A stretch of 53,092 bases of DNA from Thermoplasmata archaeon (GTDB taxonomy: Archaea > Thermoplasmatota > SW-10-69-26 > JACQPN01 > JAJPHT01): contig JAXDQU010000031.1 in assembly GCA_034667685.1 (NCBI GenBank), forward strand, positions 1 to 53,092. Direction: 5' to 3'. Both the position numbers and the translations under genes were made by a program. The notes beneath the pieces are model-generated. The model searched no databases, had not been told where the DNA came from, and saw only the letters and a list, made by a program, of their open reading frames with translations. Shown piece after piece: positions 18,633 through 28,131 of this stretch; the first letter of the stretch is position 1, and each line of letters opens with the position of its first letter.

Positions 18633-19259
18633 ATGCCCGCCTACTTCAGCCGCGAGACGATGCGCTTCCTCGCCGACCTCGCGAAGCACAACGAGCGCGC
18701 GTGGTTCGAGCCCAACAAGGCGCGCTACGAGGCGCTCGTGAAGGAGCCCGCCGGGCGGCTCGTGGCGGAGGTGGGCTCGCGCCTGCGGATGGAGGGGAAG
18801 GTCATGCGCATCTACCGCGACACGCGCTTCTCCAAGGACAAGACGCCCTACAAGACCAACGTCGGCCTCTCGTGGCACCCGCCGGGCCCGCCGCGCGGCC
18901 CGCTGCTCGGAGGCGTGTACCTGCACGTGTCGCCCCGGGAGAGCTTCGTCGCGGCCGGCGCCTGGCACCCCGAGCGCGACGTGCTGGGCAAGATCCGCGA
19001 CGCCATCGTGGAGAAGCCCGCCGCGTGGGCCAAGGCGCGCAAGGTGGGCCTCGACGAGGACGAGGATACGCTCGCCCGGGCGCCGCGCGGCTTCGATCCC
19101 GAGCACAAGCTCATCGACGACCTCAAGCGGCGCAACTTCACCGCCAGCGTCGACCTCACCGACGCGCAGGTGACCAGCGACGCGCTGCCGAAGCTCGTGG
19201 TGGACGCCGAGAAGAGGCTGCGCCCGCTCAACGCGTTCCTGGTCGACGCGGCGCGGTGA
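18633..19259 (+). CDS. DUF2461 / TIGR02453 family protein
   Basis: FLADLAKHNERAWF, RIYRDTRFSKDKTPYKT, APRGFDPEH motifs. Confidence 0.9.
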   Translation: MPAYFSRETMRFLADLAKHNERAWFEPNKARYEALVKEPAGRLVAEVGSRLRMEGKVMRIYRDTRFSKDKTPYKTNVGLSWHPPGPPRGPLLGGVYLHVSPRESFVAAGAWHPERDVLGKIRDAIVEKPAAWAKARKVGLDEDEDTLARAPRGFDPEHKLIDDLKRRNFTASVDLTDAQVTSDALPKLVVDAEKRLRPLNAFLVDAAR

Positions 19260-19265
19260 TCCCCG

Positions 19266-20036
19266 CTGCCCGAGCTTCCCGAGGTCGAGGCGTACCGGCG
19301 CGCCTTCGAGCGGCTGGCGCGCGGGCGCACCGTCCTGCGCGCGGAGGTGGACGCCCGCGGGCGGATGCTGCTCGCCCCCTCGCGCGCCATCGTCGCGGCG
19401 CTGCAGGGCCGCAGGATCGGCGAGGCGCGCCGCATCGGCAAGTGGCTCTTCCTTCGCGCGGGCCGCGAGGCCTGGCTGGTGCTGCACTTCGGCATGACCG
19501 GCGACGTCGAGGCCTTCGACGAGGAGCCGCCGCGCCACAGCCGGCTCGCGCTGCGCTTCCGCAGCGGAGGCGGCGGCGTGGCGTTCACCGACCCGCGCCG
19601 CTTCGGCAAGATCGGCCTCGCGACGAGCCCCGAGGATTTCGCCCGCGAGCACGACCTGGGCCCGGACGCGCTCGACCTGCCGCAGCGCGACTTCCTTCGC
19701 CGGCTCGCCGGCCGCCGCGGCGCCGTGAAGGCGGCTCTGCTCGACCAGTCGGTGGTTGCGGGCGTGGGCAACCTGTGGGCCGACGAGTCGCTCTGGCGCG
19801 CGAAGATCCATCCCACCGCGCCAGTGGGAGAGGCGGACCTGAAGGCGCTGCACCGCGCGATGATCGCGACGCTACGCGCGGGCGTCAAGCGCGGCTGGGG
19901 CCCGGTGCCGGAGTCGTGGCTCTACGCGGCGCGCGAACGAGGCGGGAAGTGCCCGCGCTGCGGGACGCGGCTCGCCGTCGCCACCATCGCGGGGCGCACG
20001 ACGTACTGGTGTCCGGAGGAGCAGCGGCAGCGTTAG
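19266..20036 (+). CDS. mutM: Fpg/Nei DNA glycosylase (MutM-like), CTG start
   Basis: PELPEVE, RRIGKWL, HFGMTG, DPRRFG, LGPDAL, LLDQSVVAGVGNLWADESL, zinc finger CPRC...YWCPEEQ. Confidence 0.9.
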   Translation: MPELPEVEAYRRAFERLARGRTVLRAEVDARGRMLLAPSRAIVAALQGRRIGEARRIGKWLFLRAGREAWLVLHFGMTGDVEAFDEEPPRHSRLALRFRSGGGGVAFTDPRRFGKIGLATSPEDFAREHDLGPDALDLPQRDFLRRLAGRRGAVKAALLDQSVVAGVGNLWADESLWRAKIHPTAPVGEADLKALHRAMIATLRAGVKRGWGPVPESWLYAARERGGKCPRCGTRLAVATIAGRTTYWCPEEQRQR

Positions 20037-20059
20037 CCGATGCTTCCCGTCATCTGCCA

Positions 20060-20123
20060 GCCGCTGGCGTACCAGCGGCGCAATACGCCCTGCACGCCCC
20101 GCTCCGCCGCGCTGAAGCGCGGC
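20060..20123. terminator. Two short GC hairpins between convergent fpg and sufB
   Basis: GCCGCTGG-cgta-CCAGCGGC (20060-20079) and GCCGCGCT-ga-AGCGCGGC (20106-20123). Confidence 0.45.
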
Positions 20124-20146
20124 TCCGGGGGCGACAAGTCAACGCC

Positions 20147-21574
20147 TCACCCGATCGAGCCCGTCATCTCAAGCTCGATCAAGCGATTCAACTCGACCGC
20201 GTATTCGAGCGGCAATTCCTTGGTGATCGGCTCGATGAAGCCGTTCACGATCATGACGTTGGCCTGCTCCTCGGTCAGGCCGCGCGACATCAGGTAGAAG
20301 ATCTGGTCCGTCGAGATCTTGCCGACGGTCGCCTCGTGCGCGATCTCGACCTGCTCCTGCGCGATCTGCATGTCGGGGATCGTGAAGTTCTTCGACTTGT
20401 CGTCGAGGAGCAGCGCGTCGCACTCGACCTTGACCTTCGCGCCGCGGGCCGCGGGGCCGACCTTGACGAGGCCGCGGTACGTGGTGATGCCGCCGCCGGT
20501 GGCGAGCGACTTGGAGACGATGTTGCACGAGGTGTTCGGCGCGAGGAGCTGGACCTTGCTGCCGGTGTCCTGGTTCTGGCCGGGACCCGCGAAGGCGATG
20601 CCGGTCATGTCGCTGCGGGCGTTCTCGCCCTTGAGGATCGACATCGGGTAGAGCATCGTGACGCCGCTGCCCAGGTTGCCATTCACCCACTCCATGAAGC
20701 CGTTCTTCTCGACGATCGCGCGCTTCGTGTTGAGGTTGTAGGTCTGGCGGCTCCAGTTCTCGACGCTGGAGTAACGGGCGCGCGCGCCCTCCTTCACGTA
20801 GACCTCGACGCAGCCGGCGTGGATGCTGCTGTTCTCGTACTTCGGCGCGGAGCAGCCCTCGATGTAGTGGACCTGCGCGCCCTCCTCGACGACGATGAGC
20901 GTGTGCTCGAACTGGCCGAATCCCTCGGCGTTCATGCGGAAGTACGCCTGGACCGGCGCGTCCATCTTCACGCCCTTCGGGACGTGGAGGAACGTGCCGC
21001 CCGACCACACCGCGCCGTGGAGCGCCGCGAACTTGTGGTCGGTGGGCGGGACCGCCTTCATGAAATATTTGCGGAAGAGATCCTCGTGGGTCTTCAGCGC
21101 CTCGTCGCAGTTGACGAACGTGATGCCCATGTCCGCCCACTCCTTCGCGAGGTTGTGGTAGACCATCTCGGACTCGTACTGAGCACCGGCGCCCGCGAGG
21201 TACGCGCGCTCGGCCTTGGGGATGCCGAGCTTCTCGAAGGTGTCCTTGATGTCCTGGGGCACCTCCTCCCAGTTCTTCGTCTCCTTGACGCCCGGATCGC
21301 CGTAGTAGGTGATCTTGCTCAGGTCGAGCTTCGTGAGGTCCGCGCCCCACATGGGCAGCGGCTTCTCGTGGAAGATGCGCAGCGAGCGGAGGCGGAACTC
21401 GCGCATCCAGTCGGGCTCCTTCTTCCGGTCGGAGATCTTGTGGACGAGCTCCTCGGTGAGACCCTGCGCGGCGCGGAAGGCGAAGCGCTCCTCGTTGGCG
21501 TGGTCGAACATCTCGCGGTTGACGACGCCGCGGTCGATGCCCATCTGCTTGCTTTCCAGCTCGGGAGCAGCCAT
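20147..21574 (-). CDS. sufB: Fe-S cluster assembly protein SufB
   Basis: KKEPDWM, GAGAQYESE, AVWSGG, GQFEHTLI, YIEGCSAP, HEATVGKISTDQIFYLMSRG, ELPLEYAVE. Confidence 0.97.
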   Translation of the reverse strand: MAAPELESKQMGIDRGVVNREMFDHANEERFAFRAAQGLTEELVHKISDRKKEPDWMREFRLRSLRIFHEKPLPMWGADLTKLDLSKITYYGDPGVKETKNWEEVPQDIKDTFEKLGIPKAERAYLAGAGAQYESEMVYHNLAKEWADMGITFVNCDEALKTHEDLFRKYFMKAVPPTDHKFAALHGAVWSGGTFLHVPKGVKMDAPVQAYFRMNAEGFGQFEHTLIVVEEGAQVHYIEGCSAPKYENSSIHAGCVEVYVKEGARARYSSVENWSRQTYNLNTKRAIVEKNGFMEWVNGNLGSGVTMLYPMSILKGENARSDMTGIAFAGPGQNQDTGSKVQLLAPNTSCNIVSKSLATGGGITTYRGLVKVGPAARGAKVKVECDALLLDDKSKNFTIPDMQIAQEQVEIAHEATVGKISTDQIFYLMSRGLTEEQANVMIVNGFIEPITKELPLEYAVELNRLIELEMTGSIG

Positions 21575-21627
21575 GAGGAACGCACCTGGTGAGGGACTCC
21601 GCCCTTTCAACGTTGCGGGCGCCCGAC

Positions 21628-21636
21628 TATTTAAGG
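21628..21636. promoter_or_regulatory. TATA-like box in the divergent sufB / secreted-gene spacer
   Basis: TATTTAAGG (TTAAATA on the minus strand), the only AT-rich island in the spacer. Confidence 0.5.
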
Positions 21637-21709
21637 CGATCATACCGGCAAAACCCGATTGCCGGAATCCCCCAATCAAGGGATGTCAGGGCCTGCGCTC
21701 CTTGGGGCG

Positions 21710-22156
21710 ATGAAAGCCCTCGCGCTCCTCGCCCTGCTGCTCGTCCCGGTCGCGCTCGCCCTGCCCCACGCCGCCGCGCCGCGCGCCACGCCCGCCGTGC
21801 CCACCGAGGTCTCGTTCACGTCCGAGTCGGGCGGCGGCCCGGACCACCTGCTGCGCGTGCGCCTCAACAACACCGGCGGCGCGGGCAGCGCGATCCTGGA
21901 GGTCAAGACGAAGGACGGCTCGGTGCTGATGCTTCAGAAGCTCGACCTCGCCGCGGGCGAGCAACGCACCTTCGAGCTGGCCGGCAACCCGACCACCTAC
22001 ACCGTCGACTACCGACTCCCCCTGGCCGAGTCGATCTCCACGATCGACCTGGGCGCGTGCCCCCGGATCGCGGGCGAGGTGGACATCGAATCGAGCGCGT
22101 CGCTCCTCCAGGAGATGGTCGGCGGCGGCCACCACTGCCTCGCGGGCAAGGCTTGA
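21710..22156 (+). CDS. Small secreted Ig-like/beta-sandwich protein
   Basis: Signal peptide MKALALLALLLVPVALA; VRLNNTGG...LDLAAGEQRTF pattern resembles CARDB-like domains; one Cys pair. Confidence 0.7.
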   Translation: MKALALLALLLVPVALALPHAAAPRATPAVPTEVSFTSESGGGPDHLLRVRLNNTGGAGSAILEVKTKDGSVLMLQKLDLAAGEQRTFELAGNPTTYTVDYRLPLAESISTIDLGACPRIAGEVDIESSASLLQEMVGGGHHCLAGKA

Positions 22157-22190
22157 TGAGGCGCGGGTGGGACTCGCCGTGCGAGGAGGC

Positions 22191-24137
22191 ATGCGGGCGC
22201 TCGTCGCGCTGCTCGTCGTGTTGCTCGTGACGCCCAGCGCGGGCGCCGCGCCGGCCCCCGAGACCGTGCGCGTGCCGCTTCCCGGCCTGGGCGACCTGGG
22301 TCGCTACGAGGTGAACGGTTCGGGCGGCTCGCGCGACAACGCGAGCTTCGCCTGGAAGGCCGAGCGCTTCCCCGACGCCTGGGGCATCCTGCGCGACGGC
22401 GCGGCGCTCGAGACGGACGCGTGGGGCGGCGGGTGCTCGTTCCGCGTCTCGACCTCGCAGACCGCGGCCACCGCGCAGACGCTCCCGGCGTTCGGATGGT
22501 TCGCGGAGGGCGAGGCGCCCGTCGCCACCGCGCGCCCGACCGACTCGATGTGCGGCATCTTCGTCGGCACCGGCTCCTCCGTCGTGGGAGGCCGTGGCGT
22601 GATGCGCATCACCTACGGCGCGGCGCCGGACGTCGCGTGCCTCTTCCGGGGCGCGGCGCAGGGCGCGACGCTCGCCGTGGGCGACGAGGTCGCCTTTTGC
22701 CCCACGTGGAACGCGACCTGGCGCGTCGCGCAGATCGCCCCGTGGCGCGGCTTCCACGCGGCGCGCCTCGAAGCCACGACCCCGCACGGCGCGGCGAGCG
22801 CGTGGCTCGCGGAGGGCGTGCCCTACCCGCTCGACGTCGTCGTGCCCGGGAAGGACGGCAGCGCGAGCTATCATCTGGCCGCGCTCACGATCGCCGGCCC
22901 CGCCATCCCCCGGCCGCGCGTGGACGGCGCGCCCGCGCTGACGCCCGTCGATCCGCTGCTCGGCCCCGCCGAGGGCGACGCGACGCTGCCACTCCCGCTC
23001 TCCGTCGCGGCGCGCAGCGCGACGACGGACCCGACGCTCCTCGACCTCCAGGCGCTCCTCGCGAAGCCGGGCGCCGCGCTCGCGACGGGAGTCATGCGCG
23101 CGAGCGGCCCGAGCGCCGCGTGGACGCTCCTCTTCGCCGCGCCGGGCGTCTCGCCGGTGGGCGTCGTTTGCCAGGGCGCGGCGTCCGTCGCGCGCTGCCG
23201 CCCCGCCGCGGAAGGCACGGGGCTCGACGCGCCGCCCGCGGGCTTCGGCGCGCAGGCCGTCCCGCGCGCGGGCGCGTCGTTCGCGCAGGCGCTCGCGCGC
23301 TGGCGCGCCATGGACCCCAACGCGACCGCGCCCGTGGACGCGAGCTATCGTTCCTGGGCGAGCGCGACCGCGCCGGCCTCGATCCTGGTGGGCGATCTTG
23401 CGAGCGATCCCGCCGCCGGCGCCCCGGGCCCCGCGGGCCGCGAGCCTTCGACCGTCACGCTCGCGCTCGCGGACGCGCGCACGACCGAGGCCATCCGCAC
23501 CGCGACGGCGCCCTTCGCCGTCTCGGGCTTCCCCGCCGGGCTCCAGCCGCCGGGGACGACGCCGGCCGACGCGCGCGCGGAGCCCTCGCCGCTCCGGGAC
23601 GCGCTCGGCTCGCCGATCGTCGTGGGCGCCGGCGCGCTCGCCGCCCTCGTGGTGCTGGCGCTCCTCCTGAAGTCGAGCCTCGTGGGGCTCTACGCGCGTC
23701 TCACAGGCCGCGCCGTGCTGGAGAGCGCCGCGCGCCAGCGGATCCTCGCGCGCGTGGCCGCCGACCCGGGCATCCACGCCGCGCCGCTCCTGGCCGAGCT
23801 GGGGCGCGGGAACGGCCTGGGCGAGCACCACCTCGCGGTCCTCGTGCGCGAAGGCCACCTCGCGTGCGTGGCGACGCCCGGCTTCCGGCGCTACTTCGTC
23901 GCGGGGAGCCTGGAGCCCCGCGCGATGCGGCGCGCCGCGTTCCTGCGCGACGGCCCCTGCGCGCGCGTGTACGAGGCCGCCCGCGCGCATCCTGATATCA
24001 GCCTCTCCGACGCGGCGCGCGAGGCGGGCCTGTCGCTGCCATACGCCTCGCGCACGGCGAAGCGTCTCGCGCAGGCGGGCCTCCTGGAGCGGAGGCGCGA
24101 GGGCGGCGGCGTGCGGCTGCGCGTCGCGGAAGGCTAA
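22191..24137 (+). CDS. Transmembrane regulator: signal peptide, large extracellular domain, one TM, cytoplasmic tandem wHTH
   Basis: AGGAGG RBS; TM IVVGAGALAALVVLALLL; RQRILARVAADPGIH...HHLAVLVREG and HPDISLSDAAREAGLSLPYASRTAKRLAQAGLL. Confidence 0.8.
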   Translation: MRALVALLVVLLVTPSAGAAPAPETVRVPLPGLGDLGRYEVNGSGGSRDNASFAWKAERFPDAWGILRDGAALETDAWGGGCSFRVSTSQTAATAQTLPAFGWFAEGEAPVATARPTDSMCGIFVGTGSSVVGGRGVMRITYGAAPDVACLFRGAAQGATLAVGDEVAFCPTWNATWRVAQIAPWRGFHAARLEATTPHGAASAWLAEGVPYPLDVVVPGKDGSASYHLAALTIAGPAIPRPRVDGAPALTPVDPLLGPAEGDATLPLPLSVAARSATTDPTLLDLQALLAKPGAALATGVMRASGPSAAWTLLFAAPGVSPVGVVCQGAASVARCRPAAEGTGLDAPPAGFGAQAVPRAGASFAQALARWRAMDPNATAPVDASYRSWASATAPASILVGDLASDPAAGAPGPAGREPSTVTLALADARTTEAIRTATAPFAVSGFPAGLQPPGTTPADARAEPSPLRDALGSPIVVGAGALAALVVLALLLKSSLVGLYARLTGRAVLESAARQRILARVAADPGIHAAPLLAELGRGNGLGEHHLAVLVREGHLACVATPGFRRYFVAGSLEPRAMRRAAFLRDGPCARVYEAARAHPDISLSDAAREAGLSLPYASRTAKRLAQAGLLERRREGGGVRLRVAEG

Positions 24138-24162
24138 ATCACGCGCGGCCGCTTCCGCCCGC

Positions 24163-24513
24163 GTGGCCAAGCGCACCGGCGTGTTCCTCAAGGAGTTCGT
24201 CGTCCTCTTCGGCTTCCTCAACGGCGTCTGGATCGCCGTGGGCGTGAACCCGGGGCGCGAGTTCCTCGGCATCGTGCAGGGGCTCGTCGAGAGCGCGACC
24301 GGCGGCAACGGCTGGGTCAAGCTCCTGTTCACGTGGGTGCCTGTCGCGCTGGCGATCGCGGCGCTCGTCGCCATCTTCCGCAAGGGGGGCTGGCTCGGCT
24401 TCGTCGCGGTGCTCGCGGGCTTCCTCTCGGGCCTTTACGTCCTCGCCGACCCGCGGCTTTCGCTTGGGCTCCTCGTGGTGGCGCTGGCGCTCGGGTGGTT
24501 CGCGGCGCGCTGA
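24163..24513 (+). CDS. Small 4-TM membrane protein
   Basis: 116 aa, four hydrophobic segments, GC3 bias. Confidence 0.75.
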   Translation: MAKRTGVFLKEFVVLFGFLNGVWIAVGVNPGREFLGIVQGLVESATGGNGWVKLLFTWVPVALAIAALVAIFRKGGWLGFVAVLAGFLSGLYVLADPRLSLGLLVVALALGWFAAR

Positions 24514-26595
24514 CTACCTGCGGCGGCGGAGGGCGATCAAGCCGACCGCGATCGCAGCCGCGCCCAGCACGGCGACACCCTCGAAGCCCGGCGACTTCTT
24601 GGCGTCGTTCTTGGCGGCCAGGAAGATCTTGGACTCGTCCTTGGTCGCGTTGCCGGTGGTGGCGACGAGCGTCTTCGTGCGCTGGAGCGCCATCTTCGAG
24701 GGGTCGCTCTTGGCGTGCGCGAAGAGGATGACCTCGAGGCTCTGGCTGTCCTTGTAGTCGGAGGGGATCGCCACGCCCAGCGTGATCTGCTTGGTCTCCT
24801 TGGGCTGGAGGTTGATCTCGCCGCCGGGCACGACGCTGCCGTACTTGGCATCGCCGCCCGCCGCCTCGACCACGAAGGTGTCGGCGGTGAAGCCCGTGTT
24901 CTGGAGCTGGAACGTGTACGTCATCAGCGTGCCGGGGCGGCCCGCCTTCTCGACGGGGCCCTCGGCGCGCAGCTCGATGGCGCTGGCGGCCTCGCTGATG
25001 CCGGTGAGCTGGTCCGCGTACTCGTTGAGCGGCAGGACCATCTTGAAGCCGTCCACCTTGAGGGTGGGCGACGTCGCGGAGTCGACGTTGATGCAGCAGG
25101 GCGGCACGCCGTCGGTGCTCTCCAGCGTCAGCGAGAGCACCATGTTCTGGTGCGGCTCGTAGGGGACGTAGTCGGACTGCTCGGTGGGCGTCAGCTGCAT
25201 GCTGAACGCGGCCTGGCCGTTGGCGGAGAGCGAGATGTCCTGGCCCTTGGCGGCGGCGAGCAGGATGGGCTTCGCGTTGCCGTTGCCGGCGGCGGAGACG
25301 AGGTACAGCTTCGGGACGAGCTTGACGTTGCCGACCATCGCGTGGGCCGAGATCGTGCCGGCGATGGTGCCCACGCGCGAGAGGTCGAAGTCGAGCCCCA
25401 TCTGGAGCTGCGGGTTGAGCGGGATCCACCAGCCGTTGCCGTCGCGCGTTCCGGTCATGCTCATCTCCTGCGTCGTCTCGTCGGCCTTGGGCGCCTCCGT
25501 GTTCATGGCGCCCGTCGTGTAGGGCGCGACCTTCTCGAAGAGGCTCCCGGTCTGGACGTCGGGGTGCAGGTAGAGCGTGTCGTGGTGGCCCGCGGGCTGC
25601 GGGATGGGGGTGTGGAGGACGCCCATGTTGAGGATGGCGTAGGAGTTCCGGTCGTTCTGGCTCGCGGCGGTCAGGTTGAACGCGCTGAAGCCGCCGTGCA
25701 CGTGCGCGAAGGGGACGCTGGCGAGCACGGTCATCGTCTTCTGGCCGTGGCCGGGCACCTTCACGGGCGTCTGCACCGTGCCGTTCCAGTTGGCCGGCAG
25801 GTCGCGCAGCGCGAGGTCCACCGTGTCCTCGTTGTCGCCGTTGTTCTGGATCGTGACGCTGTAGACGAAGGTCGCCGCGCCGCCGTTCGAGACGCGCACG
25901 CGGTCCGGGCTCTGGAGGCGCAGGTGGCCGTGCGACTCGTCGCCGATGGTGATCGTGAGCTTCGCGCCCTCGGCGTCGGGCATGCGGTCGCGCACCTCGA
26001 CGCCGCCGGTGAGGAGCGTGGCCTCGTCCGCGCTCTCGACGTAGACGTTGGTGAGGTTGTCGCCGCGGTTGGGCATGCGCTTCAGGCCGTCGAGGACGTA
26101 CGCCTTCGGGATCTCGAAGCTGAACGTGCCCTTCGCGCCGTCCACCTTCACGTCGAAGTTCGAGACGTAGGAGCCGTAGGAGGAGTAGTAGTCCGACTTG
26201 TCGTCGTTGGCGACCACCGTGAGCGAGCCGCTGTCGGACTGGCCCGAGGGGAGGGCGCTGTGGTAGATCCAGGCCGTGTACGACATGTTCCGCCAGTCGA
26301 AGTGGATGGCGTACTGGTCGAACGAGACCGCGTCGGCCAGGCCCGCGACGCCCATCTTGAAGAGGAGGGAGGTGTCCGATTCGGCGATCGCGAGCGACGT
26401 CAGGTCGGCGCTGCTGGTCTGGCCCGTCGCGGGCGCGGGCGCCCCCACGGGGCTCCCGCCGCCGAGCACCGAGACCGTGGTGTCGCCGGTGGCGTCGGAG
26501 AGGAGCGGCTTGTCCGCGGCGGCCGCGTGGGCGCCGGGGGCAGCCACGAGGTTCGCAGCGAGCAGGGTCAGCGTGAGGATCCAAGCGGAGCGCAT
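24514..26595 (-). CDS. PGF-CTERM cell-surface glycoprotein with Ig-like domains (archaeosortase A substrate)
   Basis: Signal peptide; C-terminal KKSPGFEGVAVLGAAAIAVGLIALRRRR; two YxxTxQNxGxxxDT Ig-like modules. Confidence 0.88.
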   Translation of the reverse strand: MRSAWILTLTLLAANLVAAPGAHAAAADKPLLSDATGDTTVSVLGGGSPVGAPAPATGQTSSADLTSLAIAESDTSLLFKMGVAGLADAVSFDQYAIHFDWRNMSYTAWIYHSALPSGQSDSGSLTVVANDDKSDYYSSYGSYVSNFDVKVDGAKGTFSFEIPKAYVLDGLKRMPNRGDNLTNVYVESADEATLLTGGVEVRDRMPDAEGAKLTITIGDESHGHLRLQSPDRVRVSNGGAATFVYSVTIQNNGDNEDTVDLALRDLPANWNGTVQTPVKVPGHGQKTMTVLASVPFAHVHGGFSAFNLTAASQNDRNSYAILNMGVLHTPIPQPAGHHDTLYLHPDVQTGSLFEKVAPYTTGAMNTEAPKADETTQEMSMTGTRDGNGWWIPLNPQLQMGLDFDLSRVGTIAGTISAHAMVGNVKLVPKLYLVSAAGNGNAKPILLAAAKGQDISLSANGQAAFSMQLTPTEQSDYVPYEPHQNMVLSLTLESTDGVPPCCINVDSATSPTLKVDGFKMVLPLNEYADQLTGISEAASAIELRAEGPVEKAGRPGTLMTYTFQLQNTGFTADTFVVEAAGGDAKYGSVVPGGEINLQPKETKQITLGVAIPSDYKDSQSLEVILFAHAKSDPSKMALQRTKTLVATTGNATKDESKIFLAAKNDAKKSPGFEGVAVLGAAAIAVGLIALRRRR

Positions 26596-26721
26596 GGGAC
26601 CAGCCTTGATGGCAACGCGAGTCCGGCCTGGTATAATAGCCCGATTGTATCATTCCTTGAACGGAGAGGAAGGCTCCAGGCCCCGGCAACGCTTATGAAC
26701 GGTCCGTTCGTCGGGCGTGCC

Positions 26722-28113
26722 ATGAGCACGCGGTGGGCCCTCCTCGCGCTGCTCCTCGTCCTCTCCGCCCCCCTCGCCGCCGCATCCTACGCCGTCCGCC
26801 TGGAGGCCGCGGGCGACGCCTGGAACGGACAGACCACCGCCACCCCCGCGGGCGGGAGCGCCGACCTGTGGGTCCCGGCCACTGCGCGCATCCACGAGGT
26901 CGTCGCGCAGACGCCCACCGGCAACCAGACCGCCTCGTGGCGCGCCCAGGGCTCCGACCTCCTGCGCGTCCAGGCGCCGCCCAACGCCACGAGCCTCGCA
27001 GTGGGCTACGACTTCGTCGCCTCGCCCTACCTCGTCGCCGCCGTCGCTCTGCCCGCGGGCGCCACGCTCGACGTCCTCCCGCCGCCCGGCCTCGCCATCC
27101 AGAGCGACGACGCGGCCTTCGCCCAGCAGCCCGACGGCGCCTGGCGCGCCACGCTCCAGGCCCCCGCCACCGTGCGCGTCCACGCCGTCGACCCCGACCG
27201 CGTCGGCGAGGTCCCCATCCTCGTCACCGTCGTCGCCGTCGCCCTGCTATCATTCCTGGGCACGCTGCTCTGGCACAAGCTCCGCCCGCCGCTCCAGGGC
27301 AAGCCCGCCGAGCGCTTCCTGGAGCACCTCGTCGAGCTCCAGCAGCGCCTCATGCCGCCCGTCGTCGTCTTCGCCTTCCTCAACTTCTGGTACTTCGCCA
27401 GCGGCCTGCGCCTCGTGCGCTGGCACGGGTACACGCTCGTCGCGCCCACCTTCAGCCTGGAGGGCAGCCTCGCCGCGCGCGCCTTCCAGGCCTTCGCCGA
27501 GCGCCTCGTGCCGGCGGGCGTCCAGCTCGTCGTCCTGCGGCCCGCCGACGCCGTGCTCGCCCAGGTCCAGATGACGCTCTTCCTCGCTTTCGTGAGCGTC
27601 CTGCCCGTCCTGCTCTACGAGCTCTCCGTCTTCATCGCGCCGGCCATGCGCGAGCGCGAGCGCCGCGTCGCCACGCGCAGCATCCCGCTCGTCACGCTCC
27701 TCTTCCTCGCCGGCGCCGCCTTCGGCTACCTCGTCATGACGCCGCTCATGATCCGCGCGCTCTACGGCTTCGCCCCCGCCACCGGCGCCGCGCCGCTCCT
27801 CGTCGTGGGCGACCTCATCAGCTTCGGCCTCATCGTCATCTGCGCCTTCGGCCTCGCCTTCGAGCTCCCCGTCCTGATGTACGTGACCAGCCGGCTCGGC
27901 CTCGTCCAGGCGCGCACGTACCGGCGCTACCTCCGCCACGCCATCGTCGCCATCGTCATCCTCGCGGGCATCGTCACGCCCGACCCGAGCGTCGTGAGCC
28001 AGTTGCTCGTCGCGATCCCCGTGACCACACTCTACCTCATCGGCATGGGCGCCGCCGCGTGGGGCGAGCGCAAGCGGGCGCGGATGCAGGATGCGCGGGC
28101 CGCGGGTGCCTAG
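26722..28113 (+). CDS. tatC: Twin-arginine translocase TatC with an extra N-terminal exported domain
   Basis: FLEHLVELQQRL, YELSVFIAPAMRERERR, FELP, RHAIVAIVILAGIVTPDPSVVSQLLVAIPVTTLY; TATA-like GCTTATG about 28 nt upstream. Confidence 0.88.
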   Translation: MSTRWALLALLLVLSAPLAAASYAVRLEAAGDAWNGQTTATPAGGSADLWVPATARIHEVVAQTPTGNQTASWRAQGSDLLRVQAPPNATSLAVGYDFVASPYLVAAVALPAGATLDVLPPPGLAIQSDDAAFAQQPDGAWRATLQAPATVRVHAVDPDRVGEVPILVTVVAVALLSFLGTLLWHKLRPPLQGKPAERFLEHLVELQQRLMPPVVVFAFLNFWYFASGLRLVRWHGYTLVAPTFSLEGSLAARAFQAFAERLVPAGVQLVVLRPADAVLAQVQMTLFLAFVSVLPVLLYELSVFIAPAMRERERRVATRSIPLVTLLFLAGAAFGYLVMTPLMIRALYGFAPATGAAPLLVVGDLISFGLIVICAFGLAFELPVLMYVTSRLGLVQARTYRRYLRHAIVAIVILAGIVTPDPSVVSQLLVAIPVTTLYLIGMGAAAWGERKRARMQDARAAGA

Positions 28114-28131
28114 AGCTCGACCACCTTGCGG

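Noticed and set aside
24715-28113. 1132-aa ORF containing TatC
   Set aside because: The part before 26722 is antisense to the PGF-CTERM gene; a signal peptide and TATA-like box support a start at 26722
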